Assembly (NCBI GenBank): GCA_036498905.1
Contig: DASYER010000075.1
Location: forward strand, 7,968-71,967
DNA length: 64,000 nucleotides
Direction: 5' to 3'
Source of the DNA: Steroidobacteraceae bacterium
Lineage (GTDB): Bacteria; Pseudomonadota; Gammaproteobacteria; Steroidobacterales; Steroidobacteraceae
The position numbers and the translations under genes were made by a program. Below are positions 46,201 through 54,779 of the stretch, in pieces; position 1 is the stretch's first letter; each line of letters opens with the position of its first letter. The notes beneath the pieces are model-generated. The model was given only the letters and a program-made list of their open reading frames with translations. It did no database searches and was not told where the DNA came from.

Positions 46201-46474
46201 CGCCTTCCTCGGTGGCCTGCCGATGATTCTCGGCACCGGTACCGGGTCGGAATTCCGTCAGCCGCTGGGCTGGGCCATTGTCGGCGGCCTGATCGTCTCC
46301 CAGGCGCTCACCCTGTTCAGTACGCCCGTCATCTACCTTTATCTCGACCGCATTCGGCGCCGGTTCGAACAGGGCGAGGAGGTTCCCCCGCCTGGCGCGG
46401 CGATCCAGCCCGTCCACTACCCGCTCTCCGTGGCCGCCCCGTCGGAAGTGCGAAAGGTGCGCGGCAGCCGTTAG
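43286..46474 (+). CDS. RND efflux permease (AcrB/MdtB/MdtC-like, 1062 aa)
   Basis: MNLSATFIRRPVATSLIAAALLGMGLIAYFKLPVAALP opening and a 12-TM duplicated architecture. Confidence 0.95.
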   Translation: MNLSATFIRRPVATSLIAAALLGMGLIAYFKLPVAALPLVDAPTIQINANLPGASPETMASNVATPLERQLSLITGITQMTSNSNLGSTSITLQFDLDRNIDAAAQDVQAAISAAGGQLPANLPSPPVMRKVNPADNSVLIIAMTSDTVPINIVSDYADNIVAQQISRMDGVGQVNLGGPRKPAIRIQIDPRKAAALGLQLDQIRNTIAQGTVNAPKGQLLGRQQTLTVYTNDQALDAKTWNDLIVGYKNGAPIRVSDLGGAILSVENTQSGAYSEVGKAGKFTTLKSGPAVHVVVFKQPGANVIQTVDAVKAAIPQLRAAVPPSINMNVIADRTVTIRASVAEVKWTLLITIVLVVVVIFLFLRNVMATAIPSAVIPVSLLATAAVMLPAKFSLDNLSLMALTIGVGFVVDDAIVMVEAIWRRIEHGQRPFEAALAGSREIGFTILTISTSLIAVFTPLMFMGGVVGIMMREFALTLSAAVTVSVLLSLTLTPMLCARFLKAPKPLTSPFMKALEAGFLSLERRYARGLEVVLRHQFITLMFFGFTLILTGVLYATAQTGFFPQQDTGFLQGTVVTPQGSPYAYTDEKAVAAARIVAQDPDVEEAHYNAGGSAQASLNIGLRSRADGRRASATDIINRLRPKVAQIVGTQVILQAMQDITIGGRVARAQYQYTLSDGDLDELNDWTPRLVAALQSARELTDVSSDQQSQAPAANLTIDRDAAGRFGISPADIDTAIYNQVGQRQVAQYFTQLNSYRVIMEAPPDLQLGPELFNAVRLISPVTGKAVPLSSLVKVDTAKTRSLTISHQGQFPALTISFNLAPGVSLGAATAAVERAREALGAPATLQGSFQGTAQAFQASLRDEPVLILAALLSVYVILGVLYESYIHPLTILSTLPSAGLGALLALRLAGHDLDVIGIIAIILLIGIVKKNGIMIVDVALKLEREERLDPEEAVRRASHQRLRPILMTTVCAFLGGLPMILGTGTGSEFRQPLGWAIVGGLIVSQALTLFSTPVIYLYLDRIRRRFEQGEEVPPPGAAIQPVHYPLSVAAPSEVRKVRGSR

Positions 46475-47268
46475 AGCGGATGGTCCGGCATCGACAGTGA
46501 GCGCCACATATGCGCCGACGGACTATCGTCGAAGCCCAGTCCCGCGGCGGGCTGCCTGAAATGCCGGCCGATGATATCCGTGAACTGTTCCAACACGGGA
46601 TTGACGTTTGGCTCGAAGGCATACAAATCGTTGACTGTCACCATGCGGGGTTCCAGATACCATTTGTGCTTGCGCACCATCTGATAGGTGCGTTCGATAT
46701 AGGGCTCGGGTCGATAGTCAGATCCGTAGATGCGGCGGTAGAGATCCGGATATTCGTAACCGGCCGACTTGTCTTCATAGAAGCGCAGCGCCTGGTGGTA
46801 GCGGATCGCGAATGCCACTTTCGCGGAGACGTATGGCTCATACATCTGCGCGCTCCACCAGCCGTGGTCGACTTTGATGAGCTCCTGAACGGTGTCATGC
46901 AGCAGGCAGGCGAGGACGATCTCCTCCGACATGCCATTCTTCATGGCGCGATTGGCGCTTTGCAGGCAGTGATTCGCCGTGGCCGTGAAACGCAGTTTGA
47001 AATAGTCGGCGAGCGTTGGCTGCGGCGGCAACGGCGTGAGCCGGGCGACGTTTCCCTGACGCGCCACGAACAGGTTCCCCACTCCCTTGCGGGTCGGTTT
47101 GGTGTCTATCTGCGCCTCAACCTGCGCAGCGGTCGGAAACTTCGCCACGGCAGCCGGCTGCGACAGCAGATGATGCTCCAGGGCATCGGCCTTGGCTTCG
47201 TCACTCATCAGCGCGATCGCGGCCGAACCCCCGAGTCCCTCAATAAAGGCGCGACGATCGATATTCAT
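46471..47268 (-). CDS. hypothetical Tat-signal protein with HD-like metal motif
   Basis: MNIDRRAFIEGLGGSAAIALM twin-arginine leader. H...HD pattern (ANHCLQSA ... LACLLHDTVQE). Start trimmed to ATG 47268. Confidence 0.5.
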   Translation of the reverse strand: MNIDRRAFIEGLGGSAAIALMSDEAKADALEHHLLSQPAAVAKFPTAAQVEAQIDTKPTRKGVGNLFVARQGNVARLTPLPPQPTLADYFKLRFTATANHCLQSANRAMKNGMSEEIVLACLLHDTVQELIKVDHGWWSAQMYEPYVSAKVAFAIRYHQALRFYEDKSAGYEYPDLYRRIYGSDYRPEPYIERTYQMVRKHKWYLEPRMVTVNDLYAFEPNVNPVLEQFTDIIGRHFRQPAAGLGFDDSPSAHMWRSLSMPDHPL

Positions 47269-47330
47269 GGCGTTCCCTTTGGATATCCATCCGACAGGCA
47301 CACACTTTACCGCTGCGCCAGCGCCAGGCC

Positions 47331-48625
47331 CTAATTTTCACCGCGTACCCGCAGGATTTTTCGGATGACGCGGCGTTTCAGCGGCGGCAGTGCATTGATG
47401 CAACGCATGATGGCGCGGATTGCCGCCAGCTGTAAGCGGCCGATGATCGGTTTGTGAATCCCATCGTTGGCATTCATCTGCGCTCTTGAGGCAATGACGG
47501 CTTCAGAACTATAGCGCAGTATTTCAGCTTCATATCGCCGGATGGCCGGGATGATCGGCATCCGGCCCTGCTGGACTTCCACCAGGTTTTTGCACAGCCA
47601 CGCGGCGTCCCGCAGGGCCGTATTGGCGCCTGCGCCGCGGCCCGGCGTCATGGTGTGCACGGCATCCCCGAGTAACGTAACTTCTGAACTGGGCCAGGGT
47701 TGCAGCGGGACTGACGTGCGGATGTTGATGGATTGCACCGTTGCAGGATCCGTCAATTGGATGAGCCGGCGAAAATTCGGATGCCAGGTGTGTGTCAGCC
47801 TCTGTGCCAGACGCAGTAGATCATCCGCTCCCAGGTGAGTGGGGTCTTCGGCAAAATTCTGGCGCGCGGCCCACAATCCCCAGCCGATGCTGTCGTCCGC
47901 GATGCTGTCCGCGAACGCCGGCCAGCGCGCCATGAACTCGACGTTGGAACGATTGGGGGCGAACTCGAGGGAATGGATGATCGCGCCGAAACCCTTCGGC
48001 GCCATGATCATCGACATGCCCTTGAACATTTTTTCGGACAGCAGCGCCCTGCTCTGCGCAGTCATCGCAAGCTTGCCGCCGACCGAGACAATGCCGGTAT
48101 CCTCGTGGCGCGCCTGAGGCAGGCGTTGCCCGCGAACCCGCGAACCGGCTCCGTCGGCGCCCACCAGCACCTCTCCAGTGGCCGTCGTGCCGTCTTCGAA
48201 GTGCACGGTGATGCAGCCATTCGGATCCTGCTCGTAGCGGACGAACTTCTTACCGAAGAAGACCTGCTCTTCGAGCCCGGTGAGAAGTACCTGCCGCAAT
48301 GTCTTGCGGATCACATTCTTCTCCCCGTCGGCGCCTGCGGCCTCCCCCTCGACCTCCAGGCACAGCAGCTCCGAGAGATGTTCGGTGAGGAGGTTGAAGT
48401 AGCGCGGGGTGCGGGCGCTGGTGGCGACGAACAGGTCGTACACCGAGGAGGGCACGCAGGCTTTCAGCGCCCGGCTGCCGGCCGGACTGATGCCGACCCG
48501 GTAGCCTCCCCGGCCTTCCCGCGCGGTCCGGTCGCGCTCATAGACCGCGACGGGAATACCCGTTTGCTTGAGCCCGTGCGCGAGGGCGAGACCGCGGTAC
48601 CCGCGCCAATGACGATGACGCGCAT
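47331..48625 (-). pseudogene. FAD-dependent monooxygenase interrupted by a 1-nt frameshift in the GxGxxG motif
   Basis: ATG 48625 gives MRVIVIGAGTA, then runs out of frame to a stop at 48464. The other reading frame continues GLALAHGLKQTGIPVAVYERDR... into the 47331-48455 ORF, which carries GDAVHTMTPGRGAGANTALRDA. The break is at about 48593-48596. Confidence 0.75.
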
Positions 48626-48641
48626 CACAGCAGGAGTTGCA

Positions 48642-49274
48642 CTACTCATCGCCGACGATCCCCGGCGCACCCACCGCAGCCAGCTCGGCGGCAACCCGGC
48701 GGATCCACTCCTCACTCCAGTTGAGCCCACCGGAGCGCAGATCCGTGACGACTGATCTAACCCAGGACAGTTCCGTGTCCAATGCCGCACGGATGAATTC
48801 CATCTCCAGCAGGAAGAGTCTGGGAATCATGGCCGCCTGCTTGAGCCCCGTATCGATGCGTTGGATTTCCGCTTCGATCGTCGATATCCGCACCTGCAGC
48901 TGCTGCAGGACATCTTCCGGCGTCAGCAGCGGCAGGAACGAAATCGCGGCAGGGAATTGCGGAAACTCGCGCGCGGGTTTCGCCAGGATTTGACGCATCC
49001 ACTCCACTGCAGTGGCGCGCCCTGCGGCGGTGATCTCATAGACGGTCCGCTCGGGTCTGTTTTCCTCGCGCGATACCGGCTGACGGCAGATCAGCCCTTC
49101 ACGCTCCAGACGCTCGATCGTCTGGTACAGCCCGGCACGCTGGGTGACGTTTATGACCTCATCCTTGCCGCGTTCCTTGATCAGGCGTTGCATGCGATAG
49201 GGGTGCATTGGTGCCTCGCACAGCATCGCGAGCGCCGCCAGCGCCATGGGAGAGCGTTTGGGTGAATTCTTCAT
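48642..49274 (-). CDS. PadR-family transcriptional regulator (long form, 210 aa)
   Basis: MALAALAMLCEAPMHPYRMQRLIKERGKDEVINVTQRAGLYQTIERLEREGLI plus a C-terminal dimerisation domain. ATG 49274 is preferred over TTG 49310, which lies in an AT-rich non-coding-looking stretch. Confidence 0.85.
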   Translation of the reverse strand: MKNSPKRSPMALAALAMLCEAPMHPYRMQRLIKERGKDEVINVTQRAGLYQTIERLEREGLICRQPVSREENRPERTVYEITAAGRATAVEWMRQILAKPAREFPQFPAAISFLPLLTPEDVLQQLQVRISTIEAEIQRIDTGLKQAAMIPRLFLLEMEFIRAALDTELSWVRSVVTDLRSGGLNWSEEWIRRVAAELAAVGAPGIVGDE

Positions 49275-49345
49275 AGTCGTATTATTACTAGTTGTAGTAT
49301 AACTAGTCAACTGTCAGCAGGCCTCCGCGGGCCGCTAGAGCCTGT

Positions 49346-52234
49346 TCAGGGAGAGGTGCGGACGTTCCTCTGCGCAAACAGGCGTACGAAGGCCTCCGGA
49401 TCACAGGGCATGCTGTGGAGGAAGCCTTGAATCTCATCGCAGCCCCGCTCGCGCAGGAATGCCTCCTGCGCGGCGCTTTCCACCCCTTCCGCGACGATGT
49501 TGACGCCGAGCGCCTTGCCCAGGGAAATGATGGCGTCGGTGATCGCCTGATCATCCTGGTTGCCGGGAAGCTCCCGAATGAAGGAGCGATCGATCTTCAG
49601 AGTATCGATGGGAAACTGCTTCAGCTGCGAGAGCGAAGAATAGCCCGTGCCGAAGTCGTCGATGGCCAAACGCACGCCGAGCGACTTGATGACTGCCGCG
49701 GTCTGCGCGGCCTGGTCCACACTGTTCATGATCATGCTTTCGGTGATTTCAAGTTCGAGGCAATGCGCCGGCAGTCCGCTGTGCTGGAGCGCCGCGGTGA
49801 TGACTTCCACGAGCGCCGGATCCTTGAACTGGCGCGGCGACAGATTGACCGCCATGACGAGCGGCGGGATGCCCAGATGCTGCCAGGCGACGCTCTGGGC
49901 GCAGGCGGTGTGTAACACCCACTTGCCGATGGGCACGATCAGACCGGTATCCTCGGCCAGCGGGATGAAAGCGTTTGGAGACAGCACTCCCAGTTGCGGA
50001 CTGTTCCAGCGCAATAGTGCTTCGACGCCGCAGATGCGGCCCGTGCACAATTCGATCTTCGGCTGATACTCGAGAAAAAGCTCGTTGCGCTCGAGCGCGT
50101 GCACCAGATGCGTCTCCAGCACGATGCGTTCCACGGACATCGGCGCCACCACTCCCGAGTAGAACTGGAAGTTGTTCTTGCCTTCATCCTTGGCGAGGTA
50201 CATGCCCATGTCGGCCTGTTTCATCAGGGTCGGCGCGTCCGTGGCGTCCTCGGGATACCGGGCGATGCCGATACTGGCCGTTACACGGCATTCGTAGCTC
50301 ATGATCCGCACCGGTTTGAGCATGGCCGCCAGGATAGTGGCCGCGACGGCTGCCGTGGCGGCCTCGTCGGTCACCGGATCGAGCAGTACGATGAACTCAT
50401 CGCCGCCAAAGCGGGCGACGACATCGGAACTGCGAACGCAGGCGCGCAGGCGCTGCGCGACCTGTTTCAGGACCTGGTCGCCGGCTTCGTGTCCGAGTGA
50501 GTCGTTGACTATCTTGAATCGATCCAGATCGACGAACAAGACCGCGCATTTGTGATTGCGCCGCTGCGCACCCTCCAGCGCATGCGTCAGAAGCTCCACG
50601 AAGATCACCCGGTTGGGTAGCCCGGTCAGTTCATCGTGCGTCGCGAGGTACTGAATGCGCGCCTCCGCAAGCTTGCGGGGCGTGATGTCCTCGACGATCG
50701 CGACGTCATACAACAGCCGGCCCTTGCCATCGTAGCGGGGAGCGGTGGCAATCTTGACCCAGATGGTCGATCCGTCCTTGCAGATGTAGCGCTTCTCGAT
50801 GCGCAGCGATTCGAGCTCACCGGCATGCAGCCGCTTGCGATCCAGGTCCGTGGCATGTACATCGTCCGGGTGGGAGATCTGCCACACGGTGAGCTGGCTC
50901 AGTTCCTGCTGGGCATAGCCGAGCATCTTGCGCAGCCAGCTGTTGCTCCAGATCAGATGGCCGTCCGGATCAACATGCGCGATGCCGACGGCCGCCAGCT
51001 CGACGGTACTCGCATAGCGCGCCTCACTGTCGCGCAGCTGCGTCTCGAGCGCACGGCGCTCGGTGATGTCGTGGATGGTGCCGACGACTGCCACCGGATT
51101 GCCCTGCTCATCTTCACGGACTTCAACCGAGAGCTGCACGATTTTGGCAACGCCGCTGCGCGGCAGGAGCAGTCGTACTTCGGAGATATTGTAGGTGTTC
51201 GGACCGACCGGAATCGTCTTGCTCCTTTGCTGCAGGGTCCAGCGATCATCCGGATGCACGTGCGCCATGAAACTCTCGAAGCTCGACTGGTAGGTTGCCG
51301 GATCCTCCTCGAGCATGTGGTAGAGCTCTTCCGACCACCAGCTTCCGCCGGTAGCGATATCGGCTTCCCAATTGCCGATCCGTGCGAGCCGCTGCGTGTC
51401 CCGGTAGCGCCTCTGCGTCCTGCGCAGGGCGGTCTGGGTGACTTTCTTTTCGGTGATGTCCTGCAGCGTTCCATGGACGATCAGGGACCGAGCATGCTCA
51501 TCGAGCGTGGCTTCGCCACGTGTTTCGATGATGCGCTCGGTGCCGTCCGGAAAGGTAATGCGTACTTCAACTGGGTCGACTCTTTCTCCAGCGAAAATCT
51601 GTTCACGCGCCCGATCCAGGCGCGAGTGATCTTGGGGATTCACCAGTGCACGGAACCGCTCGTACGGTCGTGCTTCGACTTCCCGGTTGAGTCGCAGCAT
51701 GCGGTACAACTCGTCCGACCACCAGTGGGTATCGTTGACGATGTCCCAGGTCCAGCTGCCGATTTTCGCAATGCGCTGTGCCTCATTGAGGCGGTTTTCG
51801 GTCAAAGCCAAATCGCGCATGGCGGGAAGATCGCGATCCTCTTCGATGATCCACAGCGTCAGTGGCAGCGGGCCTGCGGGGAACTCGCCCTGCCTCAGAT
51901 GCAGCCGCAGTCGCGTCCCGTTCTTGTGCGCGCCCACAGCCGCAAAACCCGCTGCCGAGGCCGGCACTGTGGCAGCGTTGAGCCACTGGCTGGCGGTGGC
52001 GGGAAAGAGCAACTCTGCGGACTGGTCAACGCATTCCGCCTGCGCGTAGCCGAACAGATGCACAACGTGGGCGTTCGCAAACCGAATGCGTGCGTTTTGA
52101 TCGACGACGAGCACCGCCAGCGGCAGGCGCTCCAGCAAGGCTGTCGCGGCGGCAAACTCCATGGCGAGCGGCGGGAGGCAATCCTGCTCGGACCGGACTG
52201 GTTGCATGTTCTTCTGCGCATCAGTGGCGGGCAC
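49346..52234 (-). CDS. multi-PAS GGDEF-EAL c-di-GMP signalling protein (962 aa)
   Basis: Several PAS/PAC units, GGDEF (ARFGGDEFIVLL) and EAL (GVEALLRWNSPQLG, DDFGTGYSSL). Confidence 0.9.
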   Translation of the reverse strand: MPATDAQKNMQPVRSEQDCLPPLAMEFAAATALLERLPLAVLVVDQNARIRFANAHVVHLFGYAQAECVDQSAELLFPATASQWLNAATVPASAAGFAAVGAHKNGTRLRLHLRQGEFPAGPLPLTLWIIEEDRDLPAMRDLALTENRLNEAQRIAKIGSWTWDIVNDTHWWSDELYRMLRLNREVEARPYERFRALVNPQDHSRLDRAREQIFAGERVDPVEVRITFPDGTERIIETRGEATLDEHARSLIVHGTLQDITEKKVTQTALRRTQRRYRDTQRLARIGNWEADIATGGSWWSEELYHMLEEDPATYQSSFESFMAHVHPDDRWTLQQRSKTIPVGPNTYNISEVRLLLPRSGVAKIVQLSVEVREDEQGNPVAVVGTIHDITERRALETQLRDSEARYASTVELAAVGIAHVDPDGHLIWSNSWLRKMLGYAQQELSQLTVWQISHPDDVHATDLDRKRLHAGELESLRIEKRYICKDGSTIWVKIATAPRYDGKGRLLYDVAIVEDITPRKLAEARIQYLATHDELTGLPNRVIFVELLTHALEGAQRRNHKCAVLFVDLDRFKIVNDSLGHEAGDQVLKQVAQRLRACVRSSDVVARFGGDEFIVLLDPVTDEAATAAVAATILAAMLKPVRIMSYECRVTASIGIARYPEDATDAPTLMKQADMGMYLAKDEGKNNFQFYSGVVAPMSVERIVLETHLVHALERNELFLEYQPKIELCTGRICGVEALLRWNSPQLGVLSPNAFIPLAEDTGLIVPIGKWVLHTACAQSVAWQHLGIPPLVMAVNLSPRQFKDPALVEVITAALQHSGLPAHCLELEITESMIMNSVDQAAQTAAVIKSLGVRLAIDDFGTGYSSLSQLKQFPIDTLKIDRSFIRELPGNQDDQAITDAIISLGKALGVNIVAEGVESAAQEAFLRERGCDEIQGFLHSMPCDPEAFVRLFAQRNVRTSP

Positions 52235-52405
52235 CTCCCGTTATCGGTCAACCTGCATGTCCTTTGAATGGGGCAGCACCCAGAATGTGACGGGGGTCAC
52301 TCCTGCTGCGTTAATGTTCAATGTTGTGATTGAAACTGTGTGCCTCCGATCGCAATCCGGCCGGGAAAATCACATTTCCCCCACCCCTGGCCGATAATCC
52401 ACTAC

Positions 52406-54706
52406 ATGGTTGCTCTGAGAACGACTGCCCCCGTTGCGATCGCCGCCGCGGCGGATGAAGAGCCGGCAACGGCGCTGCAGGATGACCCCGCGTTTGCAGC
52501 CGTTTCGGATGCCGAACTGGAACGTTGGATCGGAATCTTGCGACGCCAGGCCAGCGTTGCCTGTGCGGCGCTGTCCTTGTCCGACGGAACTCGCCAGATC
52601 ATCAGGGTTGTCGGTCCCACCACCGGATTGCCCGTGCGCGTGAGCGAGATGGCTGCAGAGGTCTCTCTCGAGGACTTCCTGCTCGGACCGACGAGCGCGG
52701 GACGCAGCGATGCCACCGGAGCGTTCGCCGAAGCAAGCATCGTCCTGGCAGGCAAGATCATGGGCCGCCTGGCGCTTGCCGACCCGAATCCGCGGACCTG
52801 GTCCGTTGAGGATCTCGCAGCGCTGGGTGATACGGCCGCGGGAGTTGTCACCGAGTTGGAGCGGCGCCTGGCGAAGGCGCAGGTCGCACGAATCCACGAT
52901 CTGGTGGCATCCCATAATCGCGTTCACGACATGATCGGAACCGGCGCTCCGCTGCATGACGTGCTGGTCGAGGTGTGCACGATCATCGAGCGGTACGACG
53001 CATCTCTCATGCCATCGGTCCTGCTGCGCGACCCGGTGTCGAACACGCTGCATTCCGGAGTCGGACCCTCCTTGCCGAAGGAATATCTGGCTTCCGTGGA
53101 TGGGGCACCGATCGGTCCGAGTATCGGCACCTGTGGTCCGGCGGCCTGGTTCGGTGAATTCGCGATCTCCGAGGATCTGGGTCAGGACCCGAAGTGGGCA
53201 CCCATACGTGCGATGGCGGAACTGGCCGGCGTTGCACACTGTTGGTCGATGCCGATCAAGGACACTACCGGGGAAGTCCTCGGCACGCTCGCCCTGTACG
53301 GGCGTCGACCCCGGCGTCCGCAGCCTGAGCATGTCGCCCTGCTGCGGGACTGGGCGCGCGTGGTCGGTACGGCGCTTGAGAGAACCCGCTCGCTGGATCG
53401 TCTGAAGCACGATGCCCGACATGACAGTCTGACTGGACTGCCCAACCGGGCGGCCATTTTCGAGAAACTGGATGGCGCCATCCAGCAGGTGCGCGCCGAG
53501 GCGCCACTGGGTGTGTTCTTCGTGGATCTGGATGGCCTCAAGGCCATGAACGACACCCTCGGACATGACGTCGCCGATGAAATGATCCGGGAAGTTGCGC
53601 GACGCCTATCGCATAGCGTCAAGGCCACTGACTTCGTCGGCCGCTTCGGCGGTGATGAGTTCATCGTCGTCGCGGAAAGCCTCGGTGACCCGGATGCGGC
53701 CGGTCAGCTCGGTGCGCGACTGCTCGATGCGGTCGCCCAGCCGCTGCCGGGGCTTGGGTCACGGGTGGTCACTGCGAGTATCGGCATCGCCCTGATCCGA
53801 ACCAGCGCCATCGATGCTCGGGAAGCAATCCGCAGATCGGATGCCGCCATGTACGAGGCCAAGCGTACCGGGCGTGATCGCTGCGTTTTTGCAGAGGTCG
53901 GCGCGACTGTCCGGGCCGGTCGCCGACTGGAGCTGGTGCGGGCGCTGCGCGGGGCGGAAACGCGCGGCGAAATGCATCTGGTGTATCAGCCGGTCATTAC
54001 CCTGCCCACCCGTCGCATCATCGGCGTCGAAGCCCTGCTGCGCTGGAATAGCCCGACACTGGGAGAAGTAGCGCCGAGCGAGTTCATACCGATCGCGGAG
54101 GACTCCGGGAGCATCCTGCAGATCGGCGCCTGGGTGCTGTGGGAGAGCTGCCTGGCGCTCGCCGATCTGACATCGGCCGGTCACCGACTCAGGCTCGGTG
54201 TCAACGTCTCGGCCCGACAGCTGTCGCAACCGGACTTCCCGCTATGGGTGCGACAGACGCTCGCGCACGCGCAGTTCAGTGCCGATATGCTGAGTCTGGA
54301 ACTGACCGAGACCTCGCTGCTGCGTCCGGACAGCGTCACAGTCGGCAATGTGCGCGCATTGGAAGGCATGGGAGTGCGCGTGGCGCTCGATGATTTCGGT
54401 ACCGGGTACTCCTCCTTGACCTGGCTGCGTGATCACCCCTTCGGCGCGATCAAGATCGATCGTAGTTTCATCGCCGGTATTCACGAGCAGGAAAGCAGCC
54501 GTGCGATCGTCGCAGCCGTCATCCGCATGTCCAAGGATCTGGGCTGCACCGTCACGGCGGAGGGTGTGGAGACCGAGGAGCAGCTGCGCATCCTGGAGGA
54601 ATTGGGTTGCCATCAGGCGCAGGGATTTCTGATCGCCCGGCCCGGCAGCATCACCGCGCTGCGCGAGCGTTTCGACGGAACCGGCCTCGCGTTTGCCGGC
54701 AGCTGA
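52406..54706 (+). CDS. GAF-GGDEF-EAL c-di-GMP signalling protein
   Basis: Two GAF-like regions, GGDEF (GRFGGDEFIVVA) and EAL (GVEALLRWNSPTLG, DDFGTGYSSL). Start trimmed to ATG 52406. Confidence 0.9.
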   Translation: MVALRTTAPVAIAAAADEEPATALQDDPAFAAVSDAELERWIGILRRQASVACAALSLSDGTRQIIRVVGPTTGLPVRVSEMAAEVSLEDFLLGPTSAGRSDATGAFAEASIVLAGKIMGRLALADPNPRTWSVEDLAALGDTAAGVVTELERRLAKAQVARIHDLVASHNRVHDMIGTGAPLHDVLVEVCTIIERYDASLMPSVLLRDPVSNTLHSGVGPSLPKEYLASVDGAPIGPSIGTCGPAAWFGEFAISEDLGQDPKWAPIRAMAELAGVAHCWSMPIKDTTGEVLGTLALYGRRPRRPQPEHVALLRDWARVVGTALERTRSLDRLKHDARHDSLTGLPNRAAIFEKLDGAIQQVRAEAPLGVFFVDLDGLKAMNDTLGHDVADEMIREVARRLSHSVKATDFVGRFGGDEFIVVAESLGDPDAAGQLGARLLDAVAQPLPGLGSRVVTASIGIALIRTSAIDAREAIRRSDAAMYEAKRTGRDRCVFAEVGATVRAGRRLELVRALRGAETRGEMHLVYQPVITLPTRRIIGVEALLRWNSPTLGEVAPSEFIPIAEDSGSILQIGAWVLWESCLALADLTSAGHRLRLGVNVSARQLSQPDFPLWVRQTLAHAQFSADMLSLELTETSLLRPDSVTVGNVRALEGMGVRVALDDFGTGYSSLTWLRDHPFGAIKIDRSFIAGIHEQESSRAIVAAVIRMSKDLGCTVTAEGVETEEQLRILEELGCHQAQGFLIARPGSITALRERFDGTGLAFAGS

Positions 54707-54779
54707 GCTCGATTGCCTCGGCCGCGCCATCGGCCTACAGTTGCAAGATAAAGAAGGCAGGCCGGGGCGGGGAAAAATA

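Noticed and set aside
42150-46474. RND pump operon lacking an outer-membrane factor gene
   Set aside because: Two-gene MFP-RND operons that borrow a TolC-like channel encoded elsewhere are common, so this is not unusual.
50636-52267. 543-aa plus-strand ORF, and the 398-aa minus-strand ORF at 52370-53566
   Set aside because: Both are antisense to the two GGDEF-EAL genes, whose PAS/GAF, GGDEF and EAL motifs are unambiguous. The antisense products are low-complexity.
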